From: Marispirochaeta sp.
GTDB taxonomy: Bacteria; Spirochaetota; Spirochaetia; JC444; Marispirochaetaceae
Reading direction: 5' to 3'
Assembly (NCBI GenBank): GCA_963676835.2
Contig: CAXXFF010000001.1
Location: forward strand, 384,001 to 448,000
Length of the DNA: 64,000 nt
Each line of letters starts with the position of its first letter. Positions within the stretch are counted from its first letter, which is position 1. Under the pieces are notes generated by a model, which was not told the origin of the DNA, did no database searches, and was given only the letters and a program-made list of their open reading frames with translations. The position numbers and the translations under genes were made by a program. Below are positions 37,279 to 46,473 of the stretch, one piece after another.

Positions 37279-39411
37279 TCAGCTTGTAAATGTTTTTTTG
37301 TAAACGATTACAATATCTTCCAGAGCCTTCTCTTTCGGCTCCTCTTTACAGAAGATATTAAGGTTTTCCATCGCCCTGGTCAGGGCAACATAGACACGGT
37401 TTTTCTGCAGGTCCTGCAGCGTTTCTGCATCTATTCCTTTTTCTCCCGGAAGAAAAGGCAGAAAACACATTACAACCGGAAAATCAAGCCCTTTGCTTGA
37501 GTGAAGCGGCGATAAACGCACACCGTGAACAGAACCGAAATCAAAGCTGTTCTCCCGAATCTGGGCAGCAGGAATTGAATCCTCTTCCAGCAGTTTTTCA
37601 ATTTTATCCAGCATAGACCTGGTAGGAGCAATAACCGCAATATTATCCGGTGAATACTCCAGGGTATTCAGAAAAAGCCGGATTTTATCAAGAAGCCGCG
37701 CATAGAGCTCCTCTGTTTTCTCTGCTGTTATAAGCTCCGGTACCGGCCCTGCCCGGAAAGCTTCGGGCTCACTGTCGCTGTTGCAGCTGCCTGCGGCCTG
37801 CAGACGGTATGCTTCAGCAAGTTCATGGATGGCCGTACTGTTGCGGAAGTTTGTTTTCAGAATGACTGATTTACCGCTGATATCGATACTGGCACGCTTA
37901 TATGGAGAGCCAAGGCCGTAGATTGACTGATCCGTATCTCCCGCAAGGATAAGAGACCGGGAGGCAAGTTTTTTCAGTATAAGCAGTTGAACCGGTTTCA
38001 AGTCCTGTGATTCATCAATAAATATATGGTCCGCAACGGCCTCGGTCTTGCCAGTGTTGACTGCATCGAGGATGCACTTGCAGGCAAAGCCCTGGCTCAA
38101 GCTGCCGCTTTCGAGCATCTGCTTCTCGGCCTGTTCCATGATATCCCAGACCAGTTTCCGCTGTTCCTGACGAAGCGGCTTCTGCATGCCGATACGGGGT
38201 ATCATCTCTTCATAGTATTCCTTGAAGCTGAGATTATTGCCGTAGATAAACTCCTCAATTTCAAGGCAGAGCTCGTCAACGGAAAAAGTCTCATCCCTTT
38301 CAAGACTGCGTATACTGTTCTTCAACACCTGGTAATCTATTTGCCATGCAGCATTTATTTCGGTGAGGATATCCCGCAGAATACTGTCTGCGGTACAGAT
38401 AGACGTATCACTTCCCTCTATTCCCATTAATCCGGAAATGTACTGGTTATATTTAACCAGGGTAGTGGTATAGGTAAGGAGCAGGAACTTTTTTTTGCCT
38501 TCCATGCCAAGGGTTTCACCTTCTTCCCGGCGGGCCCGTTTAAGGGCCTCCAGAAGAATCAGGGTTTTACCCGTACCTGCCCCGCCCCGGATAATAAAAT
38601 CCTTTTCAATGTTGATTCTCTCAAGCACACCTTTCTGCTCCGGGGTCAGACGGATAAGGGACTGCTCATAATCCATTCTTGTTCTGGTGTAGTAGGTGGC
38701 GTTACGCAGGTAATCTATATAGGACTGAATATCTTTTTTACTTCCCAGACTCTGCCGTATCTTTTCAAGTTCTGCCGAGAATTTTTCCCTTTCCGAAAGG
38801 ATCTCGTCCATTCTAATTTTCTGGCTGTCCACCTGACTGTTTAACCGCTTAAGTTCATATTCCTGCTCTCTTAAAACCCGGGAGAGATGGGCCGACTCAG
38901 CCTTCTCCTCTTCATATTCCCTAAGGGAGGAGAGAATCTCCTTCAGTTTCCGCTGGTCCTGAAAATGTGCCCACTTCTCGTCCATCAAGGCACGGTAATC
39001 TTCTATATGGCTTGTACGGTTATCCCATATTGAAAGATTGTCCTGTATTACCCGAATCTTTTCCGACTCAATACCGCAGTTTTCACAAAACCTGAAAAAA
39101 TTATAGCTGCCGCTCTCTGCAAACTTGGGGGAAATATCCCGAAACTCATGGCGTACCTGATTGGTAATTCCGTGTTCCGCCTTCAGGGCATTGAAGAGAT
39201 TCCATTGCAGATCATCCAGAAACCCTCCGGCTTCGGCCTTCTTCATATCCCGGTAGTGGTTGATATTGCGGGCGAAGCTCTCTTCCTGCCGGTAACCAGT
39301 AAAATTCTCCTTCAGGTAGCCTTCTATAAATGAGTGGAGGGACAGGAGAAAGAGTCCCGGGTCGGAGCCGAGCATGCGGATTATACGTTCAAGCTGATCT
39401 TCGGTTTTCAT
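37279..39411 (-). CDS. SF1 (UvrD-like) helicase with an N-terminal helical domain and coiled coil
   Basis: GGAGTGKT, IDESQD, GDTDQSIY, NFRN, SSKGLDF and YVALTRA. Confidence 0.85.
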   Translation of the reverse strand: MKTEDQLERIIRMLGSDPGLFLLSLHSFIEGYLKENFTGYRQEESFARNINHYRDMKKAEAGGFLDDLQWNLFNALKAEHGITNQVRHEFRDISPKFAESGSYNFFRFCENCGIESEKIRVIQDNLSIWDNRTSHIEDYRALMDEKWAHFQDQRKLKEILSSLREYEEEKAESAHLSRVLREQEYELKRLNSQVDSQKIRMDEILSEREKFSAELEKIRQSLGSKKDIQSYIDYLRNATYYTRTRMDYEQSLIRLTPEQKGVLERINIEKDFIIRGGAGTGKTLILLEALKRARREEGETLGMEGKKKFLLLTYTTTLVKYNQYISGLMGIEGSDTSICTADSILRDILTEINAAWQIDYQVLKNSIRSLERDETFSVDELCLEIEEFIYGNNLSFKEYYEEMIPRIGMQKPLRQEQRKLVWDIMEQAEKQMLESGSLSQGFACKCILDAVNTGKTEAVADHIFIDESQDLKPVQLLILKKLASRSLILAGDTDQSIYGLGSPYKRASIDISGKSVILKTNFRNSTAIHELAEAYRLQAAGSCNSDSEPEAFRAGPVPELITAEKTEELYARLLDKIRLFLNTLEYSPDNIAVIAPTRSMLDKIEKLLEEDSIPAAQIRENSFDFGSVHGVRLSPLHSSKGLDFPVVMCFLPFLPGEKGIDAETLQDLQKNRVYVALTRAMENLNIFCKEEPKEKALEDIVIVYKKTFTS

Positions 39412-39557
39412 GTGGTTTTGATTGTACAGGGAAATTGCTGATAAAGGGAAATTCTATGGATCTTTTTTCCAATCTATCGCCTGAATCCTGAAGATTTCTG
39501 CGCCGAGAAACAACGTCCTTATCTAAATATCCAAAAAAGTATTTTTTGTATGCCTCA

Positions 39558-39602
39558 CTCATTTTGACAGAAAACCTTTAAGCCGCCTCTCATTTTGATA
39601 GA
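39558..39602 (+). promoter_or_regulatory. Candidate enhancer (UAS) direct repeats
   Basis: CTCATTTTGACAGA at 39558 and CTCATTTTGATAGA at 39589, 31 bp apart, upstream of a sigma54 motif. Confidence 0.55.
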
Positions 39603-39697
39603 TCTACTGTTTTAGTAGGTACTTTCAATGAGAGATCTCCTAACTTAAAATACTGCCTTAAAAAAAGTTATAAAATTATTTAACGATTTTTCATACC

Positions 39698-39713
39698 TGG
39701 CACCATTCCTGCT
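39698..39713 (+). promoter_or_regulatory. Sigma54 (-24/-12) promoter
   Basis: TGGCACCATTCCTGCT with exact GG-N10-GC spacing, about 90 nt before the FN3 lipoprotein start. Confidence 0.72.
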
Positions 39714-39802
39714 TTGTATTGGGAGAACGTCAATAGGCAGACATGGTTGATAAAACCAACAGGCCTTTTTAAATCTGAACAATAAACCACAGGAGGATTT
39801 CA

Positions 39803-41245
39803 TTGAAATCTGTACAAAGAATCGGGATAACAGCGCTTATTCTGATAACAGCATTATTCTCTTTTATCTCATGTGATAACGGTTCTGCATCCGGTTCCGG
39901 ATCAACGGGAAGCAGCAGTGACATAACTGCACCTACAGCAGGAAACAGTGGAACTATTTCATTCAGCACTGTTTCTTCAAGTGGCGTGACGGTAAACTGG
40001 ACCGCCGGAAGTGACGATACCAGCGCACAGGCAGACCTCGAATACCTGGTGTACTATTCTACATCCGACAATATTGATACAGCCGCCAACGCAGTATCAA
40101 ACGGTACGGCCGCTGGCAGTTTTTCTGCAAATATCTCCTCAAAAGCGGTCTCCGGCCTTACAGGATCAACCACCTACTACTTTAATGTGCTGGTAAAAGA
40201 TGAGGCTGGAAATACCACTGCGTACACATCCAGTTCTGAGACGACCTCTGCCGCCGGCGACTCTACCGCACCCACTGCTGGAGGTTCAGGTGTATTAAGC
40301 TTTTCTTCAGTGAACAGCAGCAGTTTGACCGTAAACTGGACAGCCGGTACCGACAATGTTACAGCCCAGGCAAATCTGCAGTATCTGGTCTACTATTCTG
40401 CAAGCAACAACATTGCATCTGTGTCAAATGCCGAAACTAACGGTACAGCGGTGGGGAGTTATTCTTCGAACATAACAACAAAAGCGGTTACCGGTCTTTC
40501 TGCAAGTACCACTTATTACTTCAATGTAATTATTAAGGATGAAGCCGGAAATAAAACTGCCTATACAACAAACTCTCAGGCAACATCTGCCGCCGGCGAC
40601 TCTACCGCGCCAACTGCGGGAGGTTCCGGTGTATTAAGCTTTTCCTCAGTGAACAGCAGCGGCTTGACCGTAAACTGGACAGTCGGTACCGACAATGTTA
40701 CAGCCCAGGCAAATCTGCAATATCTGCTCTACTATTCCACAAGCAATAATATTGCCGCTGCATCCACTGCTGAGGCAAACGGCACCGCCGTTGGGGCCTA
40801 TGTCTCAAATATAGCAACGAAGAGTGTTACCGGTCTGTCTGCAAGCACCACCTATTACTTCAATGTAATTGTTAAGGATGAAGCCGGAAATAAAACTGCC
40901 TATAGCACCAACTCACAATCAACAGATTCGGCAGTCGTAACTGCTTATGAAGTTAGCGGCTACGATGAAGCAGGATTGAGCACCCATGGTAATGGAACCT
41001 ATTCCAAGATATCCGACTACAATGGTAAAGTGGCCTACCAGTTTGATAATTCAGCCCTCTATACCAATGAGATATTTACAATTCGGTGGGAAACGCTTAA
41101 TTCCCGATGGGAGATTTATAATTCCAGCTACGACGACTGGGACTACTATAACCTCGATACAGGCGATACACCCCCGACTTCGGGATGGTATAAATGGGGA
41201 GCAGAAAGCAGCCCCGACCTGAACCTAACCTTAACCGCTCAGTAA
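39803..41245 (+). CDS. Surface lipoprotein with three FN3 repeats and a distinct C-terminal domain
   Basis: TTG start with AGGAGG; SFISC lipobox; Ser/Gly tether; 3 repeats of about 113 aa (VNWT.G.D...L.Y..YYS...GL..STTYYFNV..KDEAGN). Confidence 0.87.
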   Translation: MKSVQRIGITALILITALFSFISCDNGSASGSGSTGSSSDITAPTAGNSGTISFSTVSSSGVTVNWTAGSDDTSAQADLEYLVYYSTSDNIDTAANAVSNGTAAGSFSANISSKAVSGLTGSTTYYFNVLVKDEAGNTTAYTSSSETTSAAGDSTAPTAGGSGVLSFSSVNSSSLTVNWTAGTDNVTAQANLQYLVYYSASNNIASVSNAETNGTAVGSYSSNITTKAVTGLSASTTYYFNVIIKDEAGNKTAYTTNSQATSAAGDSTAPTAGGSGVLSFSSVNSSGLTVNWTVGTDNVTAQANLQYLLYYSTSNNIAAASTAEANGTAVGAYVSNIATKSVTGLSASTTYYFNVIVKDEAGNKTAYSTNSQSTDSAVVTAYEVSGYDEAGLSTHGNGTYSKISDYNGKVAYQFDNSALYTNEIFTIRWETLNSRWEIYNSSYDDWDYYNLDTGDTPPTSGWYKWGAESSPDLNLTLTAQ

Positions 41246-41250
41246 AGACT

Positions 41251-41280
41251 AAAAGCTGCCCGGAACCGGGCAGCTTTTTT
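41251..41280. terminator. Intrinsic terminator, probably bidirectional
   Basis: AAAAGCTGCCCGG-AA-CCGGGCAGCTTTTTT directly after the stop codon. Confidence 0.85.
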
Positions 41281-41407
41281 GTTACTTGAAAGTCACCGTC
41301 ACATATTCTGTTAAACGCCTTTTTATAAAATTAAGCAAAACAGAATTGTTCCAGTTTCCTGATTAGAAATACATACAGCAGATAATCCGGCTACTGCCAA
41401 CCCTAGC

Positions 41408-42196
41408 CTACATTCTGAAGCCCGCATCAATGGCCCAGCGGATATTTCCATAGAGATCGAAAACATCGTTCTGAAATCCCTGCTGTGTTTCGGAGTAGAA
41501 GAAATGAGTTTCCGGAATACAGGAGACACCTGCCCGGAATCCGCCGGTATCGATCAGGTTGACTCCGGCACCGACACCAAGCATCATTCCTCCTACACTG
41601 TCGGAGGTTATAACATCCCCGCCGGCATCCAGGGGGTTCCTGAAAGACCAGTACATATAGATTCCCCCGGCCTGAGCCAGCAGATAGGGGGACATAAACT
41701 GAAAATCCGGCAGCGGATAGTAGCGGCCTTCTATCCCGGCCCGGAGAAACAGCACTCCTTCATCAACGGAATCGTAAATTTCGGAAGACTCCTTGGCGGT
41801 AACCGCTTTAACGCCGGCAAACAGAAGCACCTCGATGTTATCTTCCCTGCCGCCGACCAGTACTTCGCCGTCAAAGAGGGAATCAAAATAGGGAGCACTT
41901 CCCCAGGAGTTGCCTCCCCTGAAAAGAAGGTAGAAATCTCCGTTAAAAGGCTCGGAATAATAGACCGCTTCATCCTGGGGGCTGGTGTTGTCCGGAGTAT
42001 GCCGGTCATCATGGCTGTAACCCCTGTCCGGTTCATCCCGGTCATTGGGAACCCGGCGGCTGCCTTTGTGGTCGTCCTCGGCTTTGTCCATGGCGTCACT
42101 TAAGGAGCCTCGGTTATAGGGGGAGGAGGTTGTACAGGAGAAAAGAACCATCGCGACAATAATGGTGAACATAATAAACTTAGAAAGAATGCGCAT
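41408..42196 (-). CDS. Hypothetical lipoprotein with a probable C-terminal outer-membrane beta-barrel
   Basis: VLFSC lipobox, charged disordered linker, alternating beta-strands (GIEGRYYP, PYL..QAGG, GVGAGVN), ends ...DAGFRM. Start is uncertain. Confidence 0.62.
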   Translation of the reverse strand: MRILSKFIMFTIIVAMVLFSCTTSSPYNRGSLSDAMDKAEDDHKGSRRVPNDRDEPDRGYSHDDRHTPDNTSPQDEAVYYSEPFNGDFYLLFRGGNSWGSAPYFDSLFDGEVLVGGREDNIEVLLFAGVKAVTAKESSEIYDSVDEGVLFLRAGIEGRYYPLPDFQFMSPYLLAQAGGIYMYWSFRNPLDAGGDVITSDSVGGMMLGVGAGVNLIDTGGFRAGVSCIPETHFFYSETQQGFQNDVFDLYGNIRWAIDAGFRM

Positions 42197-42264
42197 ACTT
42201 TCAAGTATAGTTTTTGTCAGCAGCTTTTGCATATGCTTTATCAATGTTTTTACACTATAATAAA

Positions 42265-42290
42265 ATGAGCCGTCTAGGTTGACGGCTCAT
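42265..42290 (-). terminator. Intrinsic terminator after module 2
   Basis: ATGAGCCGTC-TAGGTT-GACGGCTCAT, followed by TTT on the minus strand. Confidence 0.75.
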
Positions 42291-42307
42291 GATTTCATTT
42301 TAGTGTA

Positions 42308-44188
42308 TTACTTACCAAGTCCTGTCGTAAACGAACATGCAGGACTTGTGTATGTAAATAACAACCCTGTTGCGACATAGCGCCATGTATATTGGGTATC
42401 AGTCTGTAATGCCGGATCACTTGCTATAAAAGTATACCCTGAAGTGGTCAAACCTGTTTTAACATCTAACCATGTATGTCCGGATAATACCTGCAACGTG
42501 TATGTGGTTCCTTTTGGTGCACCGGTAGGAGTATTCCAGTCAAATGTTGGTCGTGTTGATACAAATTTAGCATTGGGGACCGGCATCACATCGAATTTAA
42601 TTATTTGAGTAGTATAGTCAGACCAATTATTCCGGGCATCGCGCTCACGTACCCTGAGAAAATTGTAACCGTTTGTGATAGTTAAGGCTGTATAACTCAG
42701 TGCAGTTGTTTCACTGCTCCAACCTGTATCATTATAGTTATACTGATAGTACCCAACTCCACCATTTCCACCAGAAGACCATGTCCAAGTAGGTGTAATA
42801 TCGGTTGTAGGTGTTGTCCCTGAAACCGAAGGTGCGGATGGTGGTGTATCGTCAATATACAAGTAATCAGTTTTATAAGCATAATTACCTGCCAGGTCAA
42901 ATACGTAAGCCCGCGCATACTCATATGAATAATTATGAGAGAAAAAATCCACGGTATGCGTAACAGGCGAGCCACTAACAGCAAGCCGATCTACTGATGA
43001 AGAACCGTAATACCAGCCGTTATCACTGTCGTATACATTATATGTAAGGCTTGTAACGGGGGTAAGATTATCAGTCACAGTGAAATTAAACGGTACCGAG
43101 GTATAGTTTATTGTAGAATATGCTTGTTGAAGTGTTACTGTTGGTGCTGTCGTATCCCAAACAAATGTGAATGAGTCACTTGTACTGTTACCCGCTCTAT
43201 CACGCAGTTCCACGTCCACAGTATACGTACCTTCAGTAGTTGATGAGATATAGCTGTAATAAGAATCAGAAGGGGAAAATGACAGTTCGGGGTCAGAAGA
43301 AGACCATTCGTAATATGCGGCACCGGAATAACTGGTTGGTACTATATACTGACTCGAGTTTTTGTATCTTGTCTCCCCTGCTTCCAATTCTGGCGAAACA
43401 GTATCCAAGGTGATTGTCTTTTCTTCTATCTTTGAGTACCCGGTTGAAAAATCAGGAAGCTCCCCTTTGAATACGGCATAAACTGTTTTTACGCCATCTA
43501 CACTTGTCGAGAAATTGAAGTCGCTGAACGGTGTACCTACAGTATGCCATACACCTGCACTTAATGCCTCTATTTCCCCATCATCATCAATAGAGGTGTA
43601 GTCATCGGTGATATAAAAATAATCTGCGTAGTCGTTATAGAAAGCAACCGAAACATCAACATATGATTCATTTGTATATCCGCTGTCAGCAGCTCCTCCG
43701 CTTGTACTACGATCTATAACTTGAATACTTCCAGCTGGTGCTGTACCAGTTTTAAAGTTCCAGATATAAGCTTCCTGCATTTCACTGCCGTCACTCCCCT
43801 GAATTCCAGAAATCTCAATTGAATAATCGTGACTGTTTTCAAAATATGTATCTGGTCCCGGTTCAATCTTTAGTCGTTTAATGGAGGAATTAAACTCTGG
43901 ATTAATGATAGAAACTGAACTTGAATTAGTCAGATCCGTAATTTCAATAGTCTCGGATGTAACAGAACCAAGACTGATATCCCGATCAAAGTTGATATAA
44001 ATTTCACTTCCAGGATTTATGCCTGTACTATTATCTGCTGGACTGACACTCTCAACCACAAGAAACAGATCATTCGCAACCTTAACCTCAGTCCCCACAG
44101 CCTCAACAAAATCAATGGGCTCTTCGCAGGTGGTAAACAGCAAAACAGCGGTAACAAGGGCTGCAAAAACCAGTACTTTCTTCATCAT
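42308..44188 (-). CDS. Ig-like repeat surface lipoprotein (module 2 partner)
   Basis: MMKKVLVF...LFTTC lipobox, SbsA/Big_5-type domain (SVSPAD...INFDRDI...WNFKTG), then Ig-like and PTWTWSSGG domains. The RBS lies in the last codons of the upstream gene. Confidence 0.83.
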   Translation of the reverse strand: MMKKVLVFAALVTAVLLFTTCEEPIDFVEAVGTEVKVANDLFLVVESVSPADNSTGINPGSEIYINFDRDISLGSVTSETIEITDLTNSSSVSIINPEFNSSIKRLKIEPGPDTYFENSHDYSIEISGIQGSDGSEMQEAYIWNFKTGTAPAGSIQVIDRSTSGGAADSGYTNESYVDVSVAFYNDYADYFYITDDYTSIDDDGEIEALSAGVWHTVGTPFSDFNFSTSVDGVKTVYAVFKGELPDFSTGYSKIEEKTITLDTVSPELEAGETRYKNSSQYIVPTSYSGAAYYEWSSSDPELSFSPSDSYYSYISSTTEGTYTVDVELRDRAGNSTSDSFTFVWDTTAPTVTLQQAYSTINYTSVPFNFTVTDNLTPVTSLTYNVYDSDNGWYYGSSSVDRLAVSGSPVTHTVDFFSHNYSYEYARAYVFDLAGNYAYKTDYLYIDDTPPSAPSVSGTTPTTDITPTWTWSSGGNGGVGYYQYNYNDTGWSSETTALSYTALTITNGYNFLRVRERDARNNWSDYTTQIIKFDVMPVPNAKFVSTRPTFDWNTPTGAPKGTTYTLQVLSGHTWLDVKTGLTTSGYTFIASDPALQTDTQYTWRYVATGLLFTYTSPACSFTTGLGK

Positions 44189-44189
44189 C

Positions 44190-46253
44190 CTACTCCTCCT
44201 CATCCCAGCTGGAGACTTCCCGCTTTACCGCGTTGGAAGCTCTTCCCACCGATGTATCGGCAGATCCGAGATAGGCAAACTCCGCGGCCAGCGCGGGATC
44301 AGCTGAATTCAGCTTGTTCATAGCTGAATCAGCCTCGTTATATTTTTCAAGTTCATAACTCGCCCGGGCGACACCTAAAAGAGCCTTGGTATTGTTCGGA
44401 CTTGTCCGGCTTGCCCGGCTGTAAGTTTCCAGCGCCTGTACCATGTTCCCCTGCAGATAGTAGATATTTCCAAGGTTAACCATGGCAGGTACATATTCGG
44501 TCTGATTCAGGATTGCCCGAAACTGCTCGGCAGCTTTATCAAGTACCCCAAACTGGGCGTAGAGAATACCCAGCTTGTTGCGGGCATAGACAGTTTTTCC
44601 CGCCATGGCCATCTGGCCCCGCAACTCGCTTACCCTCGGTTCAATCTGACGGTTTATAAAGGTTACCAGTGCCTTGCGGTAGCGTTCCATAAGGCGGTCT
44701 TCACTGGGAAGAACCACCCCGGCGGTGCCTTCTGCAAAGCCGATGGGTTCGTACAGCTCCCAGGCTTCCCGTACCGGATAAAAGCCGTTGGTTCCGGCCT
44801 CTACAGTCTCCCGCCACTCTTTTGCCCCGATCTGCCAGGATTTAAGGAAACCTTCCCGAACCAGGGTTATCTCAACAGGGAGCCAGGTATCATCTTCGGT
44901 GAGAATCAGGTCCCGCTCATCCAGGAAAAGCCTTTTTGCCTGGGCCGGAGCCATACCAAGGGAGAAAGCCATATAGATATGCCCGGGGGCTGTGATAAAG
45001 GCAGTTTTTATACCTACTGCTTCCAGCAGGGAGGCATAAAGTATGGAAAGATCGTCGCAGTCGCCTGCTTTATATGCCACGGTCTGGCTGGGAAACTGCA
45101 GATAATCCAGGGCTTCTTCGTTTTCGGACAAAGAAGCATAGGGGGTTGAGGGATCCTGCACATATCCCATGCCGTATACCGACAGGGCCTCAAATATGCC
45201 CATAGCAATACGGAACTTCTCATTAATGGCGCTGGAGTTGTCGGAACCGATAGTGGCTGCCACATTCTTGGCAAAGCTTAAAATAAGGGGATCCTTGGCG
45301 GTAACAAAGGCCGCTGCCTTACGGTCATCATCCCAGGTCATGGCATTTCGGTTATTTATGGTTACCGTAACCGGCACAGTCTCACTCATCTCCTTGCCGA
45401 TGTAGGAGTATTCGATGGTTATTTCTCCTGCAGCCTTTGTTCCCTCGGTTACACGGAAGATATTCTCTGCAAACAGGGCGTAGACCGGGACATCAATCGC
45501 TTCCCTGCCCCGGAGAACAGGATACTCTGCACAGACCTTGGGCTGATCCATAAACTGCTTTACAAAAAAACTGACCTTTACATCCTTAATGGGGCCGGAC
45601 TCAAGATTGGTCAGGCTAACCTGTCCTGCGGGATGTTTTTCGTAATAGCTGTAGAACAGGGGAAATATGGGCTGCAGTGTCGGCATATACTGAAGTTCCG
45701 CACCTTTGGAGGAGCCGCCGATCTGGTAACGCATTCCAAGGCCGATACTGATGCCCTGAAGAGCCGATTCCGTACTGGTAAGGTAGTCACGATAATCTGC
45801 TTCAAGGCTGAGGCTCAGGCCCGGATTCAGTTTGTAGGCTGCATAGGCTGCTCCGCCGTAGAAGGGATCCCGGATGGAACCTTCATCGATAATGCCCATA
45901 TAGAGCCCGCCGAAGCCTTTCAGGCCCAGATTCAGGCGGGAGAGAGGTGCATACTGAACTCCCAGGCTGGGACCAAGGGCGACAAAGGTTGCAGACCGGT
46001 CCGAGCCGTTGATGGGCATAATAGAAACATCCATCATGAGCCCTGAGGTAAGAAAATCGAGCTTGCCCGGAGTGTAGGAGCCTTCCAGGTTTATGCCCCC
46101 CCCGGTGGAATAGAAAACCGGTCCGCCGTCAACTTCCGGCCCCAGAGGAACCGTAACTGAAGGCCTGGCAGTCAGATGCATGGAGCCGGACTGGGCATAT
46201 ATAGTCAAAGTTAAACAGATTATAATTAGTGCAGAAAGGGCAGTTTTTTTCAT
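44190..46253 (-). CDS. Exported beta-barrel / Ig-like / transglutaminase-like / TPR protein (module 2)
   Basis: Signal peptide, about 150 aa of amphipathic strands, GDCDDLSILY (C399), PGHIY (H425), WLPVEIT (E461), and C-terminal TPRs (NLGNIYY). Confidence 0.8.
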   Translation of the reverse strand: MKKTALSALIIICLTLTIYAQSGSMHLTARPSVTVPLGPEVDGGPVFYSTGGGINLEGSYTPGKLDFLTSGLMMDVSIMPINGSDRSATFVALGPSLGVQYAPLSRLNLGLKGFGGLYMGIIDEGSIRDPFYGGAAYAAYKLNPGLSLSLEADYRDYLTSTESALQGISIGLGMRYQIGGSSKGAELQYMPTLQPIFPLFYSYYEKHPAGQVSLTNLESGPIKDVKVSFFVKQFMDQPKVCAEYPVLRGREAIDVPVYALFAENIFRVTEGTKAAGEITIEYSYIGKEMSETVPVTVTINNRNAMTWDDDRKAAAFVTAKDPLILSFAKNVAATIGSDNSSAINEKFRIAMGIFEALSVYGMGYVQDPSTPYASLSENEEALDYLQFPSQTVAYKAGDCDDLSILYASLLEAVGIKTAFITAPGHIYMAFSLGMAPAQAKRLFLDERDLILTEDDTWLPVEITLVREGFLKSWQIGAKEWRETVEAGTNGFYPVREAWELYEPIGFAEGTAGVVLPSEDRLMERYRKALVTFINRQIEPRVSELRGQMAMAGKTVYARNKLGILYAQFGVLDKAAEQFRAILNQTEYVPAMVNLGNIYYLQGNMVQALETYSRASRTSPNNTKALLGVARASYELEKYNEADSAMNKLNSADPALAAEFAYLGSADTSVGRASNAVKREVSSWDEEE

Positions 46254-46418
46254 GGCAAAAACCTCTTAAGAATACCTCTTAAATATATCACATGCTGAAC
46301 AAAAGCGCAGGTTCTTCGCACACTGCAGGTATTACACTGTTAATGTACCAAAAAACAGTACTCATTACTATGAGAAAGAGGGTCTGCAGGAAAGAAAAGG
46401 TACGGAAACATGTTAAAT

Positions 46419-46465
46419 TTCCGTCTGCCGCAGAAGAAGGCTATCCTTCTCTGCTGCAGACGGAA
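46419..46465. terminator. Long imperfect hairpin after module 1
   Basis: TTCCGTCTGCCGCAGAAGAAGG-CTAT-CCTTCTCTGCTGCAGACGGAA. Confidence 0.7.
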
Positions 46466-46473
46466 TATGAAAA

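Noticed and set aside
39715..39802. c-di-GMP riboswitch in the FN3 gene leader or in 53804-54038
   Set aside because: I could not find the GEMM-type paired hairpins and conserved motifs by eye. A covariance-model search would settle it.
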